Source: Octopus sinensis
Lineage: Eukaryota
Assembly: GCF_006345805.1 (NCBI RefSeq)
Contig: NC_043005.1
Coordinates: forward strand, 83,204,001-83,268,000
Length of the DNA: 64,000 bases
Reading direction: 5' to 3'
Below are positions 26,777 through 39,869 of the stretch, piece after piece. The notes beneath the pieces are model-generated. The model saw nothing but the letters and a program-made list of their open reading frames with translations, had not been told where the DNA came from and did no database searches. How positions within the stretch are numbered: position 1 is the stretch's first letter; the number at the start of each line of letters is the position of its first letter. The position numbers and the translations under genes were made by a program.

Positions 26777-27429
26777 ATATAAGCAGGAAATGATAAGTAG
26801 GAACGTTTGTTGCATAGAAAATTGCTGCCGTGAGGTGTTCTCGTCTGGGAGCTCACATTGAAATTTGTCCAGTTGCTTTTTGAACGCTTCTACATCTACA
26901 CTTTGTAGGTTCTTTGGCAGAATGTTAAACAGTGGTGGTTCCCTGAAACCCAAGCTGTTTCAATACTGTGTCTTTCTCTGAGATGAGGAAGACAGTATCT
27001 CTGATATTATGCAGTGCCGTCCAGTTCGGTGGTTGGTTTAGCTTTTAATTCCAAAGTTGGGAACTAGACCTTCCAGGATATTCCATATGTATATCACTGC
27101 ATACCTTTTTCGCTTTCTCTCTCTCTGGGAATAGAGCTTCAGTTCTTGTAGACTTTTCCAGTAGCTCATCTGTTTCACCAAGTCAATTTTCTTTGTTCAG
27201 TTGTGCTAGATTGCCTCAAATTCTGCCACCACTTTGACGCTCTGCGACGACCACATGTGGGAGTAGTAATCCAGGCGACTAAGGACAAATGTCCTCCATA
27301 GAAGTAACAAGGTATCCTTATTTCTGGTTCTGAATGATCTAAGGATCCATCCAGCTACTCGCCTGCAGGATGTTGCCATCCTGGCAATATGCACATAGAA
27401 TGTTGCATCACTACTCATGTGGATTCCCA
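26776..27429 (-). mobile_element. CR1/L2-group LINE, 3' segment (downstream of the mariner insertion)
   Basis: GIHMSSDATFYVHI...VAGWILRSFRTR...LSRLDYYSHMWS...EFEAI...LGFREPPLFNILPKNLQ...FKKQLDKF...PDE. Related to 12820-13590. Confidence 0.85.
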
Positions 27430-28676
27430 CGGGGGACGTTCAATAAGTAATGCCTCTGACCCACTTGCAGTTGTTTGATTACAAGTGGCAGATTACAGCT
27501 CTGAATTAATTGTGGTTTCTGATTTACAGGTGTTTGAACCGAGTCAAGTGTGAAATGGAGCCTGTTGAGTGTCGAGCAGTGATCCGGTTTTTGTATTTGA
27601 AAGGACGCACACCACGGGAGACTTTTGATGAAATGAAAGTAACTTATGGTAATGATGCCCCATCATATGACCTTGTAAAACGCTGGCATCGTGAATTCAA
27701 ACATGGTCGGAACTCTGTGGAACAGCTCCCAGATCTGGTCGCCCCCTTCTGCCATTGATGAGGCATCTGTCCGTCAAGTTGAGGCTGCCATTTTGGAAGA
27801 TCGACGCATGATTATTCGCCAAATAGCCCATGAGGTCAAGATTAGTACCGGGTCTGTGGAAACTATCATTCATGACCATTTGCATATGCAAAAGGTGTCT
27901 GCCAGATGGATTCCCAGGTTGCTCACGCCTTTCCAGAAGCAAGAACGCGTCGAGTGCTCGAGGGTGAATTTGGAGATGTACCAAGAAGATGAGTCAAAAT
28001 TTTTCAAAAGACTGATTACACAGGATGAAACCTGGGTCCATCACGATGATCCAGAGACCAAAGCCCAGTCAATGCAGTGGAAGCACCGTGACTCACCCCC
28101 TCCAAAGAAGGCAAGGGTGCAGCCCTCCGCTGGCAAGATCATGCTCACAGTCTTCTGGGACCAGGACGGAGTAGTGATGACAGATTTCCTGGCAAAGGGT
28201 ACCACAATTGCAGGAGCCTATTATGCTTCACTTTTGAGGAAATTAAGAGAAGTTATCAAAATCAAGAGGCGGGGCAAGATCAGCAAAGGCATCCTCCTCC
28301 TGCAGGACAACGCTCCGGTCCACAACTCGCTTGTCGCCAGATCAGAAGCACAGGCGTATGGCTATGAACTCCTCCCCATCCCCCTACTTTCCTGACCTTG
28401 CACCCTCTGATTTTCACCTCTTCCCAATCATGAAGTTGTTTTTGAAAGGAAAGCGTTTCCCAGATGATGCAGCCTTGATTTCTGAAGTCACGTTCAGGTT
28501 GGAGGACCAAGCTGGGTTCTTCTACAAAAACGGTCTCCAGAGCCGCATCAAACGATGGTAGAAATACATAACTCTGGGTGGTTCCTATGTAGAAAAAGAC
28601 TAATAACTGTGCCAAGTTTCGTTGCTCTACTGCTATGGGAAGTGGGTCAGGGTATTTACTTATTGAACGCCCCTCG
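27430..28676 (+). mobile_element. mariner (DD34D, irritans-like) transposon, full length
   Basis: TIR CG(A/G)GGG(G/A)CGTTCAATAAGTAA at both ends. Right TSD is TA (28677-78); left is CA (27428-29, a mutated TA); 1247 bp. Confidence 0.95.
27555..28603 (+). pseudogene. mariner transposase pseudogene (2 frameshifts, 1 premature stop)
   Basis: MEPVECRAVIRFLYLKG...WIPRLLT...ITQDETW...LLQDNAPVH...HPPYFPDLAPSDFHLF...GGSYVEKD*. 34 residues lie between the second and third D. Confidence 0.93.
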
Positions 28677-28920
28677 TAAGTCACGCATCGATTCTAAATC
28701 CGGGATTGCACTGACTCCCGGTCCTACGTATTTCAATTGTAATGTGTTTGTGAGCCAATAGCGGAGTGCTTGAAACTTATCAGCATTGAACTGCCTATTA
28801 TTTTCATCAGCCAATTTGTGTATTGCATGCAGGTCATTTTGCGGTTTTACTATGTCATCAGGATCCTTGACCGCCTGAGGCACCTTTGTATCATCAGTAT
28901 AGCTGGTGAGAGTAGCTGTT
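28677..28920 (-). mobile_element. CR1/L2-group LINE, RT segment (upstream of the mariner insertion)
   Basis: TSYTDDTKVPQAVK...LQNDL-like...FNADKFQAL...ESMRDL. YTDD corresponds to the RT YADD motif. Confidence 0.85.
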
Positions 28921-28965
28921 TGTGAGCAAGTTATTCTCCTCCATGGCTTTTTATCATTGAAATCT

Positions 28966-29011
<46 letters not shown>

Positions 29012-29179
29012 ATTACTACAGGCTTAAGCTAAGATAAAGTAGTCATTGCGAAAGCTGAATAATGTTGTTATCGTCTGTAATATAATTTACAAGAAATATA
29101 AAATAAAGCAGTATACTAAAGTAGCAACAGTATTGGCGGCAGCAGCAGCAGTTGCAGTAGCAGTTGCAGCAGCAGTAGC

Positions 29180-29230
<51 letters not shown>

Positions 29231-29351
29231 CTCCTAATCTCTCTCTGAGAATATATGTCACATATTAAGACCACAGTACTTGTTTTGAAATATTTTTTGT
29301 ATAATTTTGTTAGAGGACCAAGGCGTTATTCATGTTTGTATATGCTCTCTT

Positions 29352-29396
<45 letters not shown>

Positions 29397-29526
29397 TTAT
29401 ATATATATACGCATACATATATGTATGTATGTACGTGTGTGTGTTTGCGTATGTATGCATAATATATATTATAATATAGTATATATATACAAACACATAT
29501 ATTATACATACATATTTAAATACAAA

Positions 29527-29572
<46 letters not shown>

Positions 29573-29848
29573 ATATATAATATATATATATTCATATGTT
29601 TATGCATTAGTGGGGATGTATGCATTTAGTGAGCGGTACATATGTAAGAGCATAAGGTTGTATATGAAAATTAGGTTGTATGTACAAGTGTATGACTATG
29701 AGAGAAAGAGAGAGAAAGGGAGAAAAAGTAAAACTGATTACGTGAGCGAGGAGATTGAAAGATGCAATGTGTACATGTGTGTGCATATGTTTGTGTGTGT
29801 CAGTTATCTATGTATAGGATGAATATGTCTGGATATTATGTTTCAGCG

Positions 29849-30000
29849 TGATGTTTACACACAGATCTTAGCGGTTCGGCAAAAGACCGATAGAATAAGT
29901 CCTAGGCTTACAAAGAATAAGTCCTAAAGTCGATTTGTTCGATTAAAGGCGGTACTCCAGCATGGCCAGTCAAATGACTGAAACAAGTAAAAGAATAAAA
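29849..30000 (+). mobile_element. SINE family B, 3' half
   Basis: CTTAGCGGTTCGGCAAAAGACCGATAGAATAAGT...CCAGCATGGCCAGTCAAATGACTGAAACAAGTAAAAG. Confidence 0.8.
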
Positions 30001-30338
30001 ATATGCACACACACACACACACATATTAAATATTATATATATATATTATATATATAATATAATAATAATTATATATATACACATGGTGCAGGAGAAAGTG
30101 AGCAAGGGAGATAAGAGGTATGTTTGTCATACAATACCACGATCATAGTTCGATCCTACAGAGTGGCATTTGGAAACAGTGTCTTCTGCTGTAGCATTGT
30201 ATTGACCCTTTGACCAGTGAATGGAATTTGATTGATGAAATTGTGCAAAAGCTTGTATATATACATGCATATATATCTATGTATTATGTAGGTATATTTA
30301 TATATTACTATCGTATATATAATTGAATATACATGTAT

Positions 30339-30369
<31 letters not shown>

Positions 30370-30370
30370 G

Positions 30371-30422
<52 letters not shown>

Positions 30423-31404
30423 CACATACATATAAACACGTTTTCCTAATTTGTGACAGTGTTCCTGTTAAGAGGAGATAAATGATTTCATACGTCTAGC
30501 TTTAATATTTTGGGATTCTAGTTTCCGCAGAAAACTTTCTCTTCTAATTAACAGTGAGCATGACACATGTGTCTGCATTATACACCGCGCAATACACCGT
30601 ATTTAGTTGGTCCGACAATGTCAAAGTCTATGTTCTCGGCAATAAGTGCAGATGTAACTCCGCAGTCAAGAGCTGGAAGCACACAGGCGCCCACAATTGT
30701 CACAACGACAGTCATTAGTACAGTTGGAAAGGTGAGACACCTGTACGTGAAGTTACTTTAAGTGGGACTGCCGTTACACAGGGACCATCCCACTGTCTCA
30801 GCAGAAGGAAACATGACCCATTGGCACGGGAAAACGTTACGGCTGAAGACAGGAACTGCTGCAGTGGATAATCAGGACTTCATAGTCTCGACATATAGGC
30901 GGTCCACAACGCCCACTGGTACTGCCTTCCTGACTGTTGGGCCTTTCTGGTAGACTCTTCAGCACAGTCCGCCAGAACCAGTATTTGCATGCATGGATAT
31001 ACAAGCGCCTATCTCAATGAAGGTTTGAGACCCGTTGGTTACCTTCACCTGGTTTAGCCCACTAGTCGAATCGTATACAAATGCATCAAATACCATGCAA
31101 CATAAATTCTTGATTCATTGATTCATTGCAGTTATCTCCGCCTCTAGAGGATGTGTCAGTATTGCCAAATGATAAGATATCCGGAGGACAGTTGTGGACA
31201 CATATTTCCGTCTCAATGGGCATCATCCGCACGACAATTGTCCAGAAGCCAAGAGACTTGGACATTCACAAAAAAGAGTTGTACACATTTATGGCTGTAC
31301 ATAATACATACGTATTAACCTACAATATCTTAATATATATTAAGCGATTAATATATATCTGTATGCATGTGTGTATATATATATGTGGAGGGTGCGTGCT
31401 TGTC

Positions 31405-31615
31405 TTTTGTATCTGTGTTTGTCGCCCACCACCGCTTGACAACCGTTGTTGGTGTGTTTACGTCCCTGTAACTTAGAGATTCGGCAAAAGAAACGGATAG
31501 AACAAGTACCAGGCTTTAAAAAACATAAGTACTGGAATCAAATCATTCAACTAAAAATTCTTCAGGGCCGTACCCTATCACGGCCTCAGTCAAATGACTG
31601 TAACAAGTAAAAAGA
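31405..31615 (+). mobile_element. SINE family B, 3' half (older subfamily)
   Basis: GCTTGACAACCG..TTGGTGTGTTTACGTCCC.GTAACTTAG...GTCAAATGACTG. Confidence 0.7.
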
Positions 31616-31679
31616 ATATATATATATATATGAATTTGTGCTGCAAAATTCCTGATGTGAAACCGTGTCGAAATAGATG

Positions 31680-32050
31680 TTGTATTTCAGGATGGTCGGT
31701 TTTTTTTTTGCCCTTTTTTGCCAAATAAACACGCACTATATATTCGTCCTCCTGAGTAATCCTGCTCCGCTTAGTCCATTCTGAGAATGGACTAAGCGGT
31801 GCAGGAGTACACACGAGGACGGAGAGTGTCGCTGAATAGGTCAAAAATGTGTGACGAAAGGTTTCCGAACAATGCACATGAGTTAAAATAAGAACAGTAA
31901 TAAACGAGTGAAGAACGAATATATAGTGCATGTGTTCAAATTCTGCTCAGGTCGATTTTGCCTTTCATCCTTCCGGTGTCGCGATCTAATCGACTGGCAA
32001 CCTCCCCAAAAAATTGGCAAAAAAAAAGAACTGACCAACCCGAAATGCAA
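31680..32050. mobile_element. nested foldback element with a SINE A fragment inserted (31935-32007)
   Basis: Outer IR 31680-97/32033-50 (15/18), middle IR 31733-47/31915-29 (15/15), inner hairpin 31767-81/31785-99 (15/15). Confidence 0.6.
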
Positions 32051-32397
32051 TAATATATATATATATTAAGACTTTGCACTTATTCAGGATTCCTCTTAAA
32101 TCATTTTATATTAACTTTCTCATCTACCCTCCTCATTAATTCTAATACGAACATTCAACCTCGCAAGTACATCTATGTATTTATATTTATATGTTTATAT
32201 GTTTATAAATTGTTATATATTTATACATTTTTATATATCTATGAATCTTCATTTATTTATACATTTATAAATTCTTATGAATTTTTATCGTGTCTCATAT
32301 ATGTGAAAGCATTTATGCATATTGTGGAGAATTTCGGCAATTTGAAATGGATTGAATGAATATGAATACCGACCTTTGAAATTTGTTTCTCGCTGTC

Positions 32398-32442
<45 letters not shown>

Positions 32443-34644
32443 CATGATATCATTATAAAGCATTCTGAATGGTTCTCTATGTAATTTCTACTTCTGTCAA
32501 ATCTCACATAATCTCAAACTTGCCTCTTCCTTCCTGCCGCACTTTTTACGCTCACTTCTCACCTATAATCTGATAGTTCCACTAGTCTGGATAAGTCTCT
32601 TTTCTCTTGTTTCTAACCCATTTCAGTTTACCACCATAGAATATAACTAGTTCCCGTTTGGACAAGTAAGAAATCGTCCACGCAGTCGTTTGATTTGCTG
32701 GAAATAGTACTCCAATTCCCATCAATTATCCTTTAAAAAAAAAGGAACAACATAAGATCATTTGCATTCCTAATTAAAAGACAAGGTGGTAACAGCTGGA
32801 ACGCTTTTATAGTTCTAGTAGTTCGAACCCGACCTGAATCTATGACAATTGAACAGGGTCGTTTGACCTGCAGCAAGAAATAATCATTTACCGACAAATA
32901 ATAGCCACAGTCGCCTTAATAATGACGCATAGAATAATGAAGTCCCAGATATACTGTTCCTAAAATGGGGATGTTGTGGATATGAGTTGAAAGACGACCT
33001 GGATATGACAACAGCTACAGCAATAGCTGCTGCTATGGTAACAACAATAACAGTAACAGCAGCAACAACATGAACAGATTTCATGATACTACGCCCTCTG
33101 CCGGAAGTATGAGGAACACAAACTCGATCTCTGGACGATTTGATTTCGGTAACTTGTATGTTTATGGGTTGTATGATGCTTTGATGCATTCTTCAGCTAT
33201 TTGAAATGGCATGGACAAAAATTATATCAGGCTATTTATTATCATAGTGAATACGATTATTTTCACCTAGCAGTAACCATATTTTGGATAAGCAACTCAC
33301 TCAATGGTATCATTTCTACGCAATTCGATTATTGGGTATTTCCGATGGTGGTGTTCTGGTAGTAGTGGTCGTCGTCGTCATTGTCGTCGTCGTCGTCGAT
33401 GTCGTCGTCGTGATGGTGGTGATGGCGATGGTGGCGGTGACGATGATAATGCAGTAGTTGATTGGTTGTTATATTACTTCTTTAAAAGAAAATAGTTTAT
33501 TTTCCTCGCCAGTTTAAATCTGATAAGAATATTTTTCCTTTTCTCTTCCAGAATTTGACGAAATCACTGCAAATAAGAGATATCAATGGCTTCGATCTCA
33601 CACCCTTGAATAAACCAATCACCAATAGTGCCACTTCTGCGCATCTTCGAAGACTGGGTGCTTCCGTTGTTATTGGTGGCAGTTGATTTGTTACATCCCT
33701 TAAAAGAAAACAGAATCTATTTTCCTCGACATTTTAGATACGGTAAGAATAATTTCTAACTCAGAAGTTTCTAAGGTTTCTATCTTTTTTGACCGCGGGT
33801 ACGAGGTAGATCGGTACGGTAACTTCTGAATCTTACATTCTGCTGAGCACCCTACAACATCTATGATCTTTCGCACACCACCTCTACTCGCCTTCATAAA
33901 ACTAATAATTTTTTGCCCTGAAAACTGCCAGAATTTGGTGGAATCACAACAAATAAGGGATATCAATCGCCCCCACCCACCAATATCGAAGTATCATGTT
34001 TAAAAAAAAATCGATCAAAAATCAATCACACTTACCTTACGAGCACAGTAAATGGGGTATATCCTCTTCATGGTTTGTGGTGTTTTTTGTTATTGATATT
34101 GTTGCTGTCGTTGTTATTTTGGCCGTCTATTTTTTTATTTTGATTTTTGTTAATAATTTCCTTATTGAAGATGGTAATAACGAGGATGTCAATGTTGCTA
34201 TTTTTTTTTTATTTTTCTTGGTTATATTTATATATGTTGTTGTGCTTCTTGCACTAATCCACTCTTCTACGATTGCTGCTGCTGTTGTTGTTGTTGTTTA
34301 TTGCGTTTACACTGCACGCATAATTTTCACGATAATGTTACTATACAATGTAGCATAGCAACTTTCAATGATGTATTTGTGTTGCCCTCTTTTAACAAAA
34401 AAATAAATATAAGTAAACAACAAATAAATATATTTATTAATATCGCTGTTGTTGTCGATGATGACGATGATACTATTATTTTTGTTGTTATTTAATTAAT
34501 TCTATTTAAGGGTGGTATACCTTGTAGAGTTGAGTTTTATGCAGATACCTCATCCTCAACCACTCCCCCTTGTTAAACGTTATCATCACTAGCATCATTA
34601 TAAGTAAAACATTTCCACTTTTGCTATCTTTATCCTTATTATTA

Positions 34645-34679
<35 letters not shown>

Positions 34680-35569
34680 TTGGCTTTCTTCTATAGATAG
34701 TTTCTTAGTGCCTGGGTTTTTATTTTGTACTTTTTTTTGTTTTTGCAGTTTTTGTTTTCAATTTTAAAATAAAAATAAATTACAAAACAAGATGTCCAAA
34801 ACTGTAAGTACTTTAAAAAAAAAAAGAAAAACTTGAGGTTCGTTTTCCTGATAAGCAGTTTGGTATTTCATTTTCATTGTTTTTGTTGTTGTTGTTAGTT
34901 AAGTTGCTATGTAAACTTTGTCTATTTCTCTTAGGATGCTCCAGCTTCCGTTTGTGTTTATCTCATTCACCCTTTTCCACACCGAAGAGAAATAACGAGA
35001 GACAGACAGACAGACAAACAGATAGACAGGCAGACCGACAGGTAGGCAGAAAGACAGAGACGGAAAGAAGGCTTTGAAACTCAATACAAAATAGAAGAAT
35101 CTCTCAGATAGAAGAAGGATGTTGCTGAAAATAAATAAAACTTGGTGAGAAGAAAACCTGGGAGATCCGTATTTTTCTTTTCTGGTTTATTTTTGTATAA
35201 TTTGTTTCTTTTGCTTTTATTTGTTATGTTTTTTGCGAAAAATTTCAAAAGTAAAAACATGTAAACAATTTTTTTTTAAATAATTATGTATATGTGTGCG
35301 CGTGTTTTGTGTATGTGTGTGTGTTTGTGTATGTGCATGTCTATATTTGCGCATACTGCGTTTGTTTTTGTATCTGCACACGTGTGAGTGTATATGTATG
35401 TGTGCGGGCATTTGTGAGTGTTTATATGTGCTTGAGTGTGTATGTATGTATGCATGAGTGCGTATGTGTGTGTGTTGCCTGTGTATATATGCATTTATGT
35501 ATATTAAGTCTGAGCATATAGCTTTTCGAATTGTCTATAATTATACATACGCACATATATGCAGATTTT

Positions 35570-35644
35570 TGTGTTTGTATGTATACATATATATATATAT
35601 ATAATATATATATATTATATATATATATATATATTATATATATA

Positions 35645-35706
<62 letters not shown>

Positions 35707-35910
35707 CATATATATATATATATATTATACATATATATATATATATATATATATAACATATATATATATAATATATATATATACTATATATATATATATA
35801 TATATACTATATATATACATATATAACATATATATATATATATATACATATATTATATATATATATATATATACATATATATAATATATATATATATATA
35901 TACATATATA

Positions 35911-35989
<79 letters not shown>

Positions 35990-36226
35990 CTATACATATA
36001 TATACATTATATATATACATTATATATACATATATCTATATATCTATATATACATAATATATATACATATATATATATACATAATATATATATATATATA
36101 CATATATTATATACATATATATATATATACATATATATAATACATATATATATATTACATATATATATATCCATATATATATATATACATATATATATAT
36201 ACTATACATATATATATAATATCTAT

Positions 36227-36278
<52 letters not shown>

Positions 36279-36321
36279 ATATCTATACATATATATATAA
36301 TATATATATATACATATATAT

Positions 36322-36352
<31 letters not shown>

Positions 36353-36580
36353 TAATATATATATATACATAATATATATATATTATATACATATATATAT
36401 ATATTACATATATATATATACATATATAATGTATATGTATATATATATATACATACATATATATATATATAATATGTGTGTGTATGCGCGCGCGTTTACA
36501 TATGTTTATATATTATATATACATACATATATTTACATATATATGTGCGTATGTATATGTGTGTATATGTATATATATAC

Positions 36581-36625
<45 letters not shown>
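35570..36625. repeat. about 1.05-kb degenerate (TA)n tract
   Basis: Direct reading; longest simple-sequence tract in the window. Confidence 0.95.
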
Positions 36626-36626
<1 letters not shown>

Positions 36627-37453
36627 TGTGTATATATACATACATGCATATTTACATATAAGTACACATAATCACATATAAATACAAACACATACACACA
36701 CACACTAGACAAATATTACACTCTCTTCCTTGTTATTATTTACGTCATTGAGATTAGCTAAATGTTGTCGTTTATTCCAATTTTCTTTTTGTTTATAAAG
36801 ACTATGTTTATTTGTTTTTGCCTCTACATTCAATTTACATCTTGATTGTTAAGTATCAGAGTACAGCCTTCAAAATAGCATATAGACATCCCCTAATTCT
36901 AAATTAGATCCCCTTAATTACGTTAGTGTACCGGATAATCTGCTGTTGATAAAAGTCGATTCTCCATATATTTATTCATAAAGATATGTACATATATATG
37001 TGTGTATGTATGTATGAGTTTATAGATTGACATGTGCTTAAGTATAGGCGATGGTGGAAGAGACACGGGTTTGTTTCCGCGGTGTATACATACACGCGCG
37101 CGCGAACTGAAGGTTCTATATTAAAGGGTTGATGATTACAAGGCTATGCTACAAGGTGCATTGTTGAAGTTGACATTGTCAGGGTCAGTAATCTTGTTGG
37201 TGAAGCAAACTGGTATTTTCACGTTTGATGTTGAGAGTGTAAGTGGAAGGGGTAAATTTAAAGGTGATTAGCTAAGGTTGTGTAGAATTAGATGCAAGGT
37301 GTGCAGTAAAGGGTGAGGCTGTTTCCATTGACGTCCTGCTTAAGAACCCATTGTTGTTCTAAAGACGAACAATCGGTTAGCGCACAATACTTAATGCTGA
37401 AATGTATATATAACTGTGTGTGTTTATCCTTGAAGAAGAATAGCATTGATAGT

Positions 37454-37528
37454 GACTTCGAAGTTTCGGCCAGCTAAGCCATCAACGGACAGTCCGATGA
37501 TGGCTTAGCTGGCCGAAACTTCGAAGTC
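37454..37528. ncRNA. 75-bp palindrome made of two divergent minimal hammerhead-like motifs (inverted PLE pLTR)
   Basis: Perfect 31-bp arms 37454-84/37498-528. Plus arm: CCGATGA-T-GGCT-TAGCT-GGCC-GAAAC-TTCGAA-GTC. The minus arm is identical except CCGTTGA. Confidence 0.7.
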
Positions 37529-37675
37529 AATACTATTCTTGTTAAAGAATAATAATTTTGTACTCTACAAAAGTACGGAGTAGCCCTTCGGATTGATGTA
37601 AAATTGTATAACTAAAGCATAAAAACAAACATTAATCTGTGTATGTGTGTGAATGCATGTGTGTGTACGCATGTA

Positions 37676-37709
<34 letters not shown>

Positions 37710-38599
37710 AATTATTTATTTATTTATTTATTTATTTCTCGCTTTCATCAACAAATGATACAATTACCAGCTTCAGAGCAATATGAGTCACTCTATCTAC
37801 TGGCGTAAAAATGCCAGAATCAACTGAGACAAGCCAGACAAATTGGGAAAAGATTTAATATCATCTCTCTGGGTGTAGAATCTATAGGTTTCAAATTGTT
37901 CTGCTTTCAGAATCAAGCATGAAAAATTAAATCCAGATGTATCTATGATAATATTATTGATATAATGAGATGTTTCTTTTGAGAAGTCTTTGGGGATGAA
38001 CTTCATGAAATAAAAAGTAAATGTCGAATTTTAGAACAAAATATTTATTCCTGTAAGTAATCTATATGTGTATACACACAACTATATATGTATACGTGTA
38101 TACACACATATTTATACACACACACACACTCATACATATATGTATACAAGTTGGTTTTAAAATCTGAGAAATTCACATAGTAACAGTACCAAACCGTAAT
38201 GTCTGTACCACTTTTACGTGGCTGTTCTATGCAGAACAAATGTTACTACATTTTAACCTCCGGGAAAGCATCTTTATATATAATGTACTGTTCTGTGTTT
38301 GTAAGATCAACAAAAATAGTACTCCATCTGATGACAGACGAATATTATTTAATAGATATACATGTTTTTATGTGCTACTAATAGTTTCATATGTTGAGAA
38401 ATACCAGAAACATATTCATCAGGTACAAAGCACATATCATAACGAACTAAAGTAGAATGGGAGAAGAAACACGAAAGGTTGAGAAGGAAGCATATACAAA
38501 ACGTGGAAGGTTGAAAAACGGAAAGCGAAAAAGTTAAAAAATGGTAAAAGAGTTATCTCCTTTAGACCTTAAATTATAAGGCTGGAAATATATCAACAA

Positions 38600-39226
38600 G
38601 TTAATCAGGTATAGGCAGAATTTTCCAATTCTTCAAAATGTAATTAGACATATGTTTACAATTGCTGAAAATTTCAGACCTAAAGTTCAGTAGTGAGGAG
38701 CTCTTTCAGCTAAACATAGCTTACATTTATTTGATCCATTAACATAAGGTGTGGATTTTTCAATTATTTTCCACTCAATCACACGTGGTGTTGAGTTAGA
38801 TTTCAAACTCCATACGTGGCTCGCCAACATAGTAGCTTTGCTTCTGTCCTTATGTCACAAGAAGGTTATGTGATTGGCATAGCGATTTTTAAATTCTCCT
38901 TCACATAATCCACTATAGGTTTCCTTATCTGTTGTATTATCCTCTAGCATTGCAGTGTCTCCTTATCTGTTGTATTATCCTCTAGCATTGCAGTAACTTC
39001 TACCTCATATATAACAGTTTAATCATACATGGTTGGTCAAGTAGACTGGATCCTATGAATCGACAGTTACAACTAGATTTAGGCTCTTGGTGTTGAGCTC
39101 GTGTATTGATACTCTTCATATTAAGCAGCAGATATATGATAATTTCACGGAACACCTATTAAACATTTTCCTGTATCTGTGAGTAACTGGAAAGTGTTTG
39201 TCTAGGACAGACAAGAATATATTAGC
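38600..39226 (-). mobile_element. Penelope-like element, GIY-YIG endonuclease region, degenerate
   Basis: NIFLSVLDKHFPVTHRYRKMFNRCSVKLSY...SSCNCR...ETYSGLCEGEFKNRYANH...LASHVWSLK...EWKIIEK..PY.NGSNKCKLCLAE...RSEIFSNCKH. Contains a 35-bp tandem duplication (38922-56/38960-94). Confidence 0.85.
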
Positions 39227-39355
39227 AAGACACTTTATTTCACGTTGCTCCAGTCCACTCAGTTCGCAAAAGTGAGCAGTACTTGTATTTCAAAGAGCCT
39301 GCCTTGTTACATTCTGTGTCGCACTTAATCTCCCTCAGAACTACGTTATGTGGTG
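39224..39355 (+). mobile_element. SINE family C fragment
   Basis: AGCAAGACACTTTATTTCACGTTGCTCCAGTCCACTCAG central domain plus the start of the 3' region. Confidence 0.7.
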
Positions 39356-39869
39356 AGCTGTATGTAATACATATGACCATTTTTATTTGTTTAATGTGTA
39401 CCACCAGAGTGTCACAGACTGAGTTTGAATGTGACAGCAGGACTACAGGCGTGACATCTCCCGGATGTATACCGCAACTCCGCCATGAGTCCTTTCTCTC
39501 CTGTCAGTTCGTAATGCAAAATACTTTGGTATGCGTATCTCAGCATCTAATAGTTCGACGTTCAGATGTGTTTCTATAAGTGCCATGAAATAATTGATTA
39601 CATGTCACTAAACCTCTCAGGTATTGGGTTTTGCGTTTGTGGGACGCTACAAGGCCCCTGTTCAACAGGAATACCGGTGTGACATACAGTGTGTTGGTAG
39701 TAGTCATTGGTCTGACATATGTAAAGGTGTTAGAGGTTGCCACTTTGGGTCTTTTGTTGTTTGAGGTGGTCTTGAGTGCTGGTACATGTTCTTCAAACTC
39801 AATATCTGATGGAGCCAAGTCAACTGTCGTACGACCTTCTGTGCCATTTCCCAAAAAGACCGCTATTCA

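Noticed and set aside
30700-30950. Integrase-like snippets (GRQYQWALW, RANG, TGVSPFQL) on the minus strand
   Set aside because: Spacing does not fit a retroelement integrase core; kept only as an unidentified island.
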